From an archaeon (GTDB lineage: Archaea > Nanobdellota > Nanobdellia > Pacearchaeales > GW2011-AR1), in NCBI GenBank assembly GCA_030605415.1, contig JAUWIJ010000003.1:4441-68440 (forward strand): 64,000 bases of DNA, written 5' to 3'. The translations under genes were made by a program, and so were the position numbers. Each line of letters opens with the position of its first letter. Position 1 is the first letter of the stretch. Shown piece by piece: positions 54,925-62,292 of the stretch. The notes beneath the pieces were generated by a model. The model was not told the origin of the DNA. It did no database searches and worked only from the letters and a program-made list of their open reading frames with translations.

Positions 54925-57261
54925 TTACTTCTTCGCCTCTTCCTCAACTTCCTTAATCGTCGCCACATCTCCGACTCCCCTATCACTTCTCAGTTGAATA
55001 ATACGAGGAAATCTCAAAGCATAACCCGAAGAATAAGTCGGCGACTTTTGAATGTTCTGATATTGAACCGTAATAACAATCTCGGGCTTAACTTTAATTC
55101 TCCGTCCTTTAGTTTCAATCAACAACTTTTCTAACATGTCTGTCATCTCAACAAAACTCAAACCCTGCTCTGGCAATTCCTTCAGCCCCGTCGACACTTT
55201 CCCAACTCCAAGCAACTCGTCATTGCCATGCGATATTTTTATATTCTCAATCTCCTCTAAAACTTCTGGTACCTTCTTCAAGCACCTTCCAAAATGAAAC
55301 TTATCTTTATAAATTTTAAATTTTGCATTCAATCCCTTCGCATTTCTTTCTCCCGCCTCAAATGCAATAATAGGATCATTTCGAGAATGAATTACAATAA
55401 AATTATCACAGTGAGATTTAATCTTTTCAAAATCATAAAGACCAGCCTCATAAAACCCATGTGTATTTTTCTCTCGACTTTTCTTAATATCAGTAGGGTT
55501 ATTCGTCCCAATCAAAATTACTTTTTTAATTCGTCTCCCTTTAGATAACCTTTCCAGCCACCTCATAATCGCAACTCCTCCTCGAGAATGCCCAACTAAA
55601 ACACTATTTTCATTAGGATTAATCTTATCCAATTCCTCAAGCCACTCGCTTAAAACAGGATCATTAGTTTTTGGCAAATCTGGAGCAACAAATTCAAAAC
55701 CTTTCTTCTTGACTTCTTTACCAAGCCAAGGATACCATGCATCATTTGATGTCATCTTTTTTCCATGCATAAAAACAACATTATCTAAATTGTTTGCCGA
55801 AGGCAACTCTCCTTCGAACCCCGAACCCCGAACCCCGAATTCCGAATTCCGACACGCAACATCAAACGAAGTCAACCACCCCGCTCGCTTTCCAGTTCCC
55901 CATTCAGCACCGGTAATTACCAAATCGAAATCTTTATCTTCAGGTTTCAGTTTAACAGCATATCCAATCCGAGCCCCCGGTTTATATGGCGCCTCCAAAC
56001 TTTTCCCCATCAAACCTTCCTGATTATCATTCAATGCCTTCTCATAAAATTTCTCAACCACTTTCCCATCATCAGTAATAATTTGTTTCGCCAGAACAAT
56101 CTTAAATTTTTTCTCCTGCACAATTCGTTCAATCAAATGTCGTCTCTCGGCAAACGGCGTTGCAATCAAACTATTCCCATCATAATAAACAATGTCAAAA
56201 ACAACTAACTCAATCGGCAACGACTTCCTCATTTCAGCAATTCCATATTTCCGCCGAATCCTCTGACTAATCGCCTGAAAGTCCGTATACTTTTTCGTCA
56301 TCGCATACCCTTCTTGGGTCTTACCAGCAGGTGCAAACCCAACCGCTTCAGCGTCGAGAATAAAACTATTCCCCTTAACATGATTTTCAACATACTCAAC
56401 AATTTCAGGAAATTGCGTCGTCACCTCTTCCAGTCGTCGGGTAAAAATTTTAATCCTTCCATCGCTTTCCTTATTAATCATAACCCTAAATCCATCATAC
56501 TTGTATTCAAATGCCGCGGGGCGACCGACAATTTTAAACGCATCTTCAACGTCCTTCGCCTTCGGAAACAACATAACTTTTATGGGTTTCCCCGGCTCCA
56601 ATTTAATTTTCTCCAACGAATCATCACACGCTCTCTCAAAAACCTCAGCAAAATCCGTAGCCCTGTCATACGCCTTCTGAACTTCTTTAACACAAGTCTT
56701 TTTATCTTCCAAATTTTTCGGCTTAAAACAATACATAGCAATCGCATCCCTCAAAATACCAGACCCAACACCAATTTTCAAATCACCCAAAACAGTCCGC
56801 ACAATATACCTTGCCTCTTTCGGCGTCGCTGAGTGCAACAAATCAACAATAAACCCAACCTTCAAATCAACCGTTCCATTTCCCTCAATCGTCGGCAACT
56901 TCCGTAAATTATCCATAACTTTCTCAACACTTAACTTTTCAGAAAACAAAGCCGTCTGCGTTTTCCTTTTCTTTAAAATTGATTCTGCAACTTTTCCTAA
57001 ATCTCCAAGTTTTTTAAACTCATCAACAACTTCTGCATCATTAATTCCAGCCGCTCTCCCAATTGCCCGAATCACCAACTGATGCGAAATTCCCAATTCT
57101 CGATTATCATAATCCGCAAACAACCGACCCTGCAATAAATAAATCAACTCAGGTTTATCCTTAATATTCCCCAGAAAACTCGCAAGTATATCCGTCTTTT
57201 CCAAGCCCTTCGACGTCGATTCCAACGCTTCATAAATTTCACATATCTTCGAATAGTCCAT
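54925..57261 (-). CDS. lig: ATP-dependent DNA ligase carrying an inserted alpha/beta-hydrolase domain
   Basis: It has a DBD N-terminus, the adenylation motif EYKYDGFR, EGLMGK, and the OB domain and motif VI (YALRFPRIIQLRSDR). It is 778 aa, versus roughly 550-600 aa for typical archaeal ligases. Confidence 0.9.
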   Translation of the reverse strand: MDYSKICEIYEALESTSKGLEKTDILASFLGNIKDKPELIYLLQGRLFADYDNRELGISHQLVIRAIGRAAGINDAEVVDEFKKLGDLGKVAESILKKRKTQTALFSEKLSVEKVMDNLRKLPTIEGNGTVDLKVGFIVDLLHSATPKEARYIVRTVLGDLKIGVGSGILRDAIAMYCFKPKNLEDKKTCVKEVQKAYDRATDFAEVFERACDDSLEKIKLEPGKPIKVMLFPKAKDVEDAFKIVGRPAAFEYKYDGFRVMINKESDGRIKIFTRRLEEVTTQFPEIVEYVENHVKGNSFILDAEAVGFAPAGKTQEGYAMTKKYTDFQAISQRIRRKYGIAEMRKSLPIELVVFDIVYYDGNSLIATPFAERRHLIERIVQEKKFKIVLAKQIITDDGKVVEKFYEKALNDNQEGLMGKSLEAPYKPGARIGYAVKLKPEDKDFDLVITGAEWGTGKRAGWLTSFDVACRNSEFGVRGSGFEGELPSANNLDNVVFMHGKKMTSNDAWYPWLGKEVKKKGFEFVAPDLPKTNDPVLSEWLEELDKINPNENSVLVGHSRGGVAIMRWLERLSKGRRIKKVILIGTNNPTDIKKSREKNTHGFYEAGLYDFEKIKSHCDNFIVIHSRNDPIIAFEAGERNAKGLNAKFKIYKDKFHFGRCLKKVPEVLEEIENIKISHGNDELLGVGKVSTGLKELPEQGLSFVEMTDMLEKLLIETKGRRIKVKPEIVITVQYQNIQKSPTYSSGYALRFPRIIQLRSDRGVGDVATIKEVEEEAKK
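55222..55845 (-). other. ~208-aa in-frame insertion in the ligase OB domain: YdeN/RBBP9-like serine hydrolase fold
   Basis: The insertion lies between FDVACRN and DELLGVGKVSTG. It contains VVFMHG, WYPWL and the nucleophile-elbow-like VGHSRGG. Confidence 0.7.
55815..55856 (+). repeat. (CGAACCC)x3 (CGAATTC)x2 heptamer array at the N-terminal junction of the ligase insert
   Basis: Read directly. It encodes SEFGVRGSGFEG. Confidence 0.95.
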
Positions 57262-57291
57262 TGTAAAATAAGTAGATGTGAGTTTTTATAT

Positions 57292-57771
57292 TTACTCCAA
57301 TTGTTCTTTTTTCAAAACAAAAATCTTTTCTGTGTTCAAAGATTCCCATCTCATGGAAGTAGAATAAAATAAATCGACTTCAGGATTTTTTGATAAAATA
57401 CTCTTATATAAATTCTGATCATACGACGATATATTTTTATTTTCAGACTCGAAAGTCATATTTTCTTTACTCATAACGTTATAATAGGGAACTAATAATT
57501 TTCCAATTTGCTTAGATACTTGTCTCGAGTCAAATATTTCATCATTAATATATATCTCTCGTCTACTCTCAAATCTCCCATAAGGAAAAGATTTTTTCAT
57601 ATGAAATGAAAAAATATCTCTTGTAAAACATGGAATAACATCAAAAGGACTCTTTCCCGATTCAATCTGTTCTAACATATCTAAAGCATCACTATCCTCC
57701 AGGCAAACTTCCGCCCAATTATAATCATCATAAACAAAATAGGGAACTGTAATGATGTCGGTCTCTATCAT
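57292..57771 (-). CDS. hypothetical protein (159 aa)
   Basis: Clean ORF. No family recognised. Confidence 0.4.
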   Translation of the reverse strand: MIETDIITVPYFVYDDYNWAEVCLEDSDALDMLEQIESGKSPFDVIPCFTRDIFSFHMKKSFPYGRFESRREIYINDEIFDSRQVSKQIGKLLVPYYNVMSKENMTFESENKNISSYDQNLYKSILSKNPEVDLFYSTSMRWESLNTEKIFVLKKEQLE

Positions 57772-57874
57772 AGATATTAAATCATTTGTATCTTTTTAAG
57801 GATTGTTACACTTTACCATAGACTATATTAATTCATTACTAAACATTTATAAAAAAAATAATTCTTAATTCTTC

Positions 57875-58192
57875 ATGGATGTAACAGACGCAAACTTTGA
57901 AACTGAAGTTATCGAAAAATCAAAAACAACTCCAGTTCTGGTAGATTTTTGGGCAAGCTGGTGCGGACCGTGTGTGATGCTAAAACCGGTTCTTGAAAAA
58001 ATTGCAACAGAATATGAAGGCAAATTTATTCTAGCAAAAGCAAATTCAGACGATAACTCGAACACAGCAGAAAAATTCGGCGTGATGTCAATCCCGGCAG
58101 TAAAACTTTTCAAAAACGGCAAAGTAGTAGATGAATTCGTTGGCGTGCAGCCCGAAGTAACAATCAAACAATGGCTCGACAAGAAATTGTAA
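57875..58192 (+). CDS. trxA: thioredoxin
   Basis: The active site is WASWCGPC, and VPAVKLFKNGK is the Trx fold. Confidence 0.9.
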   Translation: MDVTDANFETEVIEKSKTTPVLVDFWASWCGPCVMLKPVLEKIATEYEGKFILAKANSDDNSNTAEKFGVMSIPAVKLFKNGKVVDEFVGVQPEVTIKQWLDKKL

Positions 58193-58516
58193 TTATCTAA
58201 TAAAATATTCAATCTTATTTCTTACTTTCTCATAAAACTTTTTTTCAAGTCGTGCCAATTTTTTAATAATAATTCTTTCATCAATTGCAAAAATCCTATG
58301 AGGCTTAACCCAACTTTTGAATGGTAATGTCCCGTCGCTAAATGAATTTTTATTAATTAAAACGCCATCCATTGGTCTATTGGAAGTAATCAGGCAACAA
58401 ATTTTATCTCCGCCTTTCAAGTTTTTATTCGAAATAATTATCGCGGGTCTTTTCTTAGCGCCAGTTAAATCCGAGTAAGGAAATGGAATTAAAATAATAT
58501 CTCTTTGTTTAAACAT
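58193..58516 (-). CDS. PemK/MazF-family toxin
   Basis: The evidence is RDIILIPFPYSDLTGAKKRPAIIIS and CCLITSN. Confidence 0.8.
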   Translation of the reverse strand: MFKQRDIILIPFPYSDLTGAKKRPAIIISNKNLKGGDKICCLITSNRPMDGVLINKNSFSDGTLPFKSWVKPHRIFAIDERIIIKKLARLEKKFYEKVRNKIEYFIR

Positions 58517-58739
58517 TATTCCACCTTTCGTCGGTCTCGTTGTCCCAATCTTTTTTCAAAACTTCTTCCGACGCCAACATAGTCATAATGCCCTCGCTGT
58601 TTTTATCATTCTCAATTTGATTAAGTTCTGCAATTCTTTGCCGAATAACCTTTCTAATAAACTCGCTCCATTTAATTTCAGAATATTTTTTCATTAAATT
58701 ATAGGTTTCAGTCTCAATCGATAACGTGACATTTGTCAT
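58509..58739 (-). CDS. antitoxin (RHH-like) for the MazF-type toxin
   Basis: 76 aa. It overlaps the toxin start by 8 nt. The N-terminal VTLSIETETYNLMKK has a strand-helix pattern. Confidence 0.55.
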   Translation of the reverse strand: MTNVTLSIETETYNLMKKYSEIKWSEFIRKVIRQRIAELNQIENDKNSEGIMTMLASEEVLKKDWDNETDERWNNV

Positions 58740-58778
58740 AATTAATTAAGTGACATCACTTATTTAAACTTTTCGACA

Positions 58779-58825
58779 CACAACCCGAAGCCACAATCAA
58801 ACAATGGCTCGACGAGAAATTGTAA
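58779..58825 (+). pseudogene. orphan copy of the trxA 3' end (codes ..QPEATIKQWLDEKL*)
   Basis: cacaacccgaagccacaatcaaacaatggctcgacgagaaattgtaa compares with native 58145-58192. Confidence 0.85.
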
Positions 58826-58850
58826 ATTAATTATTTTTTCTAAAATTCTG

Positions 58851-58903
58851 TCGGTAGTCGACTTTCCCTGCCCCCACAAACCCCAAATACCTCGCGAAGC
58901 GTG
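58851..58903 (+). repeat. GC-rich mosaic element remnant between the two orphan trxA ends
   Basis: The sequence is tcggtagtcgactttccctgcccccacaaaccccaaatacctcgcgaagcgtgt. Confidence 0.7.
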
Positions 58904-58950
58904 TGCAACCCGAAGCCACAATCAAACAATGGCTCGACGAGAAATTGTGA
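58903..58950 (+). pseudogene. second orphan copy of the trxA 3' end
   Basis: It shares an identical 43-nt run (caacccgaagccacaatcaaacaatggctcgacgagaaattgt) with 58779-58825. It differs from the native copy at 5 of 48 positions. Confidence 0.85.
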
Positions 58951-58956
58951 TTTAGT

Positions 58957-59502
58957 TTAAGGTTTAATTGGAATAGCTTGTTTTAATAGTCTTAGTAATT
59001 TATCTTCTTTAGAAACATACCCAGAAGATGAAAATCTTTTACCCTCCAAATAATTATAAACAATTTCTGCATCATCTAAAGCATCTGATGTGTAAGGATT
59101 AGATCCCATAAATAGAGTTTCACCAACTCTTCCACTATCTATTTTAGAAATTTCAATTAAAGGTTTTAGATTTACAGGATCTACATAAACAGGGGATTGA
59201 CATCTGTAATGCATAACAATTTTTTCATCGGGCTCAAATTCTGCATCATCATTTGCTTTCCAGTATTGTCTAAATGATTTTGTTCCCAATACTCTAAAAA
59301 AAATTTGCTTATCAAAAACACCATTGTATTTTAATTCATCAATTGCCTGATTAAATACATCCTCTCTTTTTACCTGTTCCATCCAAAAATCCTTTTTTAT
59401 AACAACTCCAAAACAATCATAATTTCTTGAAAAATTAGAATCAACATAAATTATATCTCCTAAAGAATATTTTCTAACGCTTTTTTCTTTTAAGCTAACC
59501 AT
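58957..59502 (-). CDS. hypothetical protein (181 aa)
   Basis: ORF with a TATA at 59524-59533. No family recognised. Confidence 0.4.
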   Translation of the reverse strand: MVSLKEKSVRKYSLGDIIYVDSNFSRNYDCFGVVIKKDFWMEQVKREDVFNQAIDELKYNGVFDKQIFFRVLGTKSFRQYWKANDDAEFEPDEKIVMHYRCQSPVYVDPVNLKPLIEISKIDSGRVGETLFMGSNPYTSDALDDAEIVYNYLEGKRFSSSGYVSKEDKLLRLLKQAIPIKP

Positions 59503-59523
59503 TAAAGTGAGCTAGATTCCTAG

Positions 59524-59533
59524 TTTATAAAAA
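59524..59533 (-). promoter_or_regulatory. TATA-like box for 58957..59502
   Basis: TTTTTATAAA on the minus strand, 22-31 nt from the ATG. Confidence 0.45.
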
Positions 59534-59566
59534 TTATTATAGTAGAGTTATTAACATCCCACATTT

Positions 59567-59764
59567 TTACTTTCTAGGTATAATTATCCAGGCAATTAAA
59601 TAAGCAAGAATTCCTGTCCCGTATCCAAACACAAAAAGCACCCATAATAATCTTACCAACACAGGGTCAATTTTAAAATAATCAGCAATCCCCGCACAAA
59701 CTCCCGCAATTATAGAATCCTTCTCAGACGCCCGATACAATCTCCTTATTTTCTTTTTTGCCAT
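59567..59764 (-). CDS. PspC-domain membrane protein
   Basis: RLYRASEKDSIIAGVCAGIADYFKIDPVLVRLLWVL matches the PspC domain. Confidence 0.7.
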   Translation of the reverse strand: MAKKKIRRLYRASEKDSIIAGVCAGIADYFKIDPVLVRLLWVLFVFGYGTGILAYLIAWIIIPRK

Positions 59765-59805
59765 AATATAACATAGAAAACTAATTTATAAAATTATGTA
59801 AATTG

Positions 59806-60237
59806 CTAAATACTCTTAATTTTTCTCTGAAATTTTATTTTTTCTCCCTGATGATCAAAAATAATAATAAATTTATCGAAAAATCCATTCCTTCCCAAAA
59901 TCATCGGAGCTTTGGTTTCTTGCATTATTACTTCCACAGGAACATCTCTAAATTTATAATTTTCATGAGAATTTTGAATTTTAATGCTCATTTTAGTTTT
60001 TAATGTTTTTACTTGCCCGCCGATTCCATTTGCGATAGTTTCTTTTCCACTCAAATCCAAACCAATCAATTCCGCTAAATCTCTCGGGATAACAGAAACA
60101 TCCGCCCCAGAATCTACCAGAGCCATAGTCTGAATCCAGCCAGGACCATTTCCCTTAATTTCTATAGGAATATGTGGCAATTTCGCCTCAACTCCATCGG
60201 CTCTTTTCTGCAATTTATACTTAAAAATAATCGCCAT
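59806..60237 (-). CDS. retropepsin-like aspartic protease
   Basis: ALVDSGADVSVIP is the D-S/T-G-A active-site loop, and there is a later ILGRNGFF. Confidence 0.75.
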   Translation of the reverse strand: MAIIFKYKLQKRADGVEAKLPHIPIEIKGNGPGWIQTMALVDSGADVSVIPRDLAELIGLDLSGKETIANGIGGQVKTLKTKMSIKIQNSHENYKFRDVPVEVIMQETKAPMILGRNGFFDKFIIIFDHQGEKIKFQRKIKSI

Positions 60238-60238
60238 C

Positions 60239-60439
60239 TTAAAAAATCATTGTTTGTTCTTCAGGAACTCTAGCAATCATAATCTTCTTTTTAGGATATT
60301 TCTCTTGAGCCTCTTCAAATGTTTTTTTTGCGTTATCCCCGAACGAAACAATATTTTCCTCACAAATAGCTATCCACTTGCCCTTAAAATTTTCTAAATT
60401 AGAACTCATAAAAACATTATAATTTGATTCTTTAGTCAT
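60239..60439 (-). CDS. DUF5678-like small protein
   Basis: 66 aa with FKGKWIAICEENIVSFGDNAKKTFEEAQEKYP. Only 1 nt separates it from the protease gene. Confidence 0.55.
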   Translation of the reverse strand: MTKESNYNVFMSSNLENFKGKWIAICEENIVSFGDNAKKTFEEAQEKYPKKKIMIARVPEEQTMIF

Positions 60440-60460
60440 ATAAACTTTAAGTGAAACTTA

Positions 60461-60468
60461 TTTATAAA
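60461..60468 (-). promoter_or_regulatory. TATA-like box for the DUF5678-protease pair
   Basis: TTTATAAA lies 22-29 nt upstream of ATG 60439. Confidence 0.45.
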
Positions 60469-60485
60469 CTCTCCCTTATAAAATT

Positions 60486-61052
60486 CTAGTTGCCTCTTCT
60501 TCTGTTTGCTCTCAACGACGGTCTAACTTTTGGAGCTTTAACCGTACTGTGTCTCAATCCTCGAGCCTTTCTTCCGGCGGAACTAATTCCCCGCAAAGCT
60601 CTTTTCTTCGGAGCTTTAACAAAATCACCCAACTGCTTATCGTTCTTAATTTCAGGAGCCGAACGGTCAACCAAAATCACCTCGTAAAAATAATGCATTC
60701 CATCTTTTCCAACCTGATAAGAATTCAAAACTTCCATATTACTAAATTTCCTTGCAACCTTTTGTTCCGCAATCTCTTTATAATTCATCCTCAGATTTTT
60801 TCTAATATGCAATCTCTTCGTCCGCCTCGCTTTATTAGGACGTGTTCTTTTATGCCCGCCTCGTTTAATCTTAACCCTGACAACAGTCACACCCTTCTTT
60901 GCCTTATATCCCAAAGCCCGAGCCCTGTCCAACCTCAACGGTTTTTCAACCCGAGTAATCGCACCGCACTTCCGCCACTCAATCATTCTCGCTCTAAGCA
61001 ACTTCACGTCCGGCTTCTTCCACGCCTCTCTCAAATATTTTACAATTCCCAT
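60486..61052 (-). CDS. rpl15e: 50S ribosomal protein L15e
   Basis: The evidence is YLREAWKKP, RARMIEWRK and RLDRARALGYKAKKGVTVVRVKIKRGG. Confidence 0.9.
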   Translation of the reverse strand: MGIVKYLREAWKKPDVKLLRARMIEWRKCGAITRVEKPLRLDRARALGYKAKKGVTVVRVKIKRGGHKRTRPNKARRTKRLHIRKNLRMNYKEIAEQKVARKFSNMEVLNSYQVGKDGMHYFYEVILVDRSAPEIKNDKQLGDFVKAPKKRALRGISSAGRKARGLRHSTVKAPKVRPSLRANRRRGN

Positions 61053-61307
61053 ATTCTCTTTATCAAAAATTCCTTTTTAAATCTTTCAGTAAAAAGTTTA
61101 AACGTGAGATATCTTCGATGTTACTCTTTAAAGTTAATCATCTTAAATTTTCTCTCGAAAACCTTCTGCGCAAAAAGCACATCTACTTACCAGAACATCC
61201 TATATTGTGTTGGAGAAAAATTGAATATGAATCAACTAAATGTTGAATATGAATTGTGGGTTGTGCGATGTAAAGTCGCGGATTGATGAAAGGAGTTAAT
61301 ATAAAAA

Positions 61308-61523
61308 TCACAAAAGATTTTCTAAACCTTTTAATGTTATACTTATTATTGCTACATTATAAAATGTTAATCCAATAATTTCAGCAGTACCTTTCATAAG
61401 ATATTTTGGAAGTTTGTTTGAGTTATCTAAATTTGAGACTCCATAAACATATCTTGTTATATATTTCATTGCTCCAAGTATCGGAACAAAATCTTTTGCT
61501 TCCAATTTAGGTTTACTTGTCAT
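61308..61523 (-). CDS. small hypothetical membrane protein
   Basis: 71-aa ORF with one hydrophobic segment. Weak support. Confidence 0.3.
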   Translation of the reverse strand: MTSKPKLEAKDFVPILGAMKYITRYVYGVSNLDNSNKLPKYLMKGTAEIIGLTFYNVAIISITLKGLENLL

Positions 61524-61654
61524 AACTTTTCTAAAAATCCAAACTATTTAAACTTTTCCATCTGTTACCATTTTCTAATTACTTCAATTTTCTCCCACTA
61601 ATAATGTTGTGAATAATGATAATTAAATCAAAAAATCCTTCAACACAATTTTAA

Positions 61655-61788
61655 ATCAGATGCCTCCAAAGTATCGGTATTATGTTTAGCCCTGTCCATT
61701 TTCAGGACCCTGAACCTCAATAGGTGAGCTGTTACGCTTTCTTTAAATGATAGCTGCTTCTAAACTTACATCCCCAGTGTCTCAGGTT
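61655..61788 (-). rRNA. isolated 23S rRNA-like fragment (GTPase-associated centre H42-H44 and following, about E. coli 1040-1165)
   Basis: The minus strand reads GGGAUGUAAGUUUAGAAGCAGCUAUCAUUUAAAGAAAGCGUAACAGCUCACC...GGGCUAAACAUAAUACCGAUACUUUGGAGG. From memory, the E. coli sequence is GGAUGUUGGCUUAGAAGCAGCCAUCAUUUAAAGAAAGCGUAAUAGCUCAC...GGGGCUAAACCAUGCACCGAAGCUGCGG. There is no flanking rRNA sequence. Confidence 0.7.
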
Positions 61789-61811
61789 CAAATCAATGAG
61801 CCCGCCGTGAT

Positions 61812-61851
61812 GAGTCTGCCCCAACCAATTTTTTTATATTTGTGAGGGTAT
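61812..61851 (+). repeat. GTCTGCCCCAACC...TTTGTGAGGGTA module
   Basis: The sequence is gagtctgccccaaccaatttttttatatttgtgagggtat. The same ~45-nt module occurs at 5032-5079 and 10733-10776. Confidence 0.85.
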
Positions 61852-61965
61852 TTACTCAAAAAATACATCTCAAAATTATAAATAAAAAATCAGAACGCAT
61901 AATTTTTCAAAGCGTTTTCCTCGCACAGGACTATCCTGTCTTCAAATCAATGAGCCCGCTGTGAT
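61851..61965 (+). repeat. 115-nt unit, copy 1 (tRNA-Ile 3' flank plus 15 nt of the tRNA)
   Basis: tttactcaaaaaatacatctc...cacaggactatcctgtcttcaaatcaatgagcccgctgtgat is almost identical to 62083-62199. Confidence 0.9.
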
Positions 61966-62048
61966 GGGTCTGCCCCACCCAATCTTCTTTTATATTTGGT
62001 AGGGTACAGCGTGCCCCAACCTAATTTAAAAATATATTTGTGAGGGTA
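61966..62048 (+). repeat. two tandem GTCTGCCCCA(A/C)CC...TTTG(G/T)(T/G)AGGGTA modules
   Basis: They lie at 61966-62007 and 62008-62048. Confidence 0.85.
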
Positions 62049-62082
62049 TTGAACACTGTTCAAATCAATGAGCCCGCTGTGA

Positions 62083-62199
62083 TTTACTCAAAAAATGCAT
62101 CTCAAAATTATAAATAAAAAATCAGAACGCATAATTTTTCAAAGCGTTTTCCTCGCACAGGACTGTCCTGTCTTCAAATCCAAATGAGCCCGCTGTGAT
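62083..62199 (+). repeat. 115-nt unit, copy 2, running into the intact tRNA-Ile
   Basis: It differs from copy 1 at two substitutions and one 2-nt indel. Confidence 0.9.
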
Positions 62200-62258
62200 T
62201 TGAACACAGGACCTCTGCCTTATCAGAGCAGCGCGCTACCTGGCTGCGCCACGGGCTC
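62185..62258 (-). tRNA. tRNA-Ile (anticodon GAU), 74 nt, no encoded CCA
   Basis: Folded by hand. The acceptor is GAGCCCG/CGGGCTC and the D stem is GCGC/GCGC. The anticodon stem is CTGCT/GGCAG with loop CTGATAA. The T arm is CTGTG-TTCAAAT-CACAG and the discriminator is A. Confidence 0.9.
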
Positions 62259-62292
62259 ATATAAATATTAACAGAAAATTCAATTTATAAAA

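Larger units (their letters stand above)
58193..58778. mobile_element. inserted cassette carrying a MazF/PemK-type TA pair, bounded by copies of the trxA 3' end
   Basis: It starts at the nucleotide after the trxA stop. It ends where a 47-nt copy of the trxA 3' end begins (58779). Confidence 0.6.
61785..62184 (-). repeat. nested array of partial tRNA-Ile 3' ends and small elements downstream of tRNA-Ile
   Basis: tgagcccgc[c/t]gtgat (the 3' acceptor and T-stem strand) recurs at 61797-61811, 61951-61965 and 62068-62082, as well as in the gene at 62185-62199. Confidence 0.85.

Noticed and set aside
55222-55845. An intein in the DNA ligase (and similarly in MCM or topA).
   Set aside because: The insert has no Hint-domain blocks and no terminal His-Asn followed by Cys/Ser/Thr. 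Its sequence looks like an alpha/beta hydrolase. The other gene inserts are only 10-40 aa of repeat-derived sequence.
57865-58212. The minus-strand ORF 57865..58212.
   Set aside because: It is the exact antisense of the thioredoxin gene, which has the canonical WCGPC site.
61785-61800. GGTTCAAATC on the + strand as the T-loop of a second tRNA.
   Set aside because: No flanking T-stem, acceptor or anticodon arm can be folded around it. It is part of the duplicated tRNA-Ile 3' flank.
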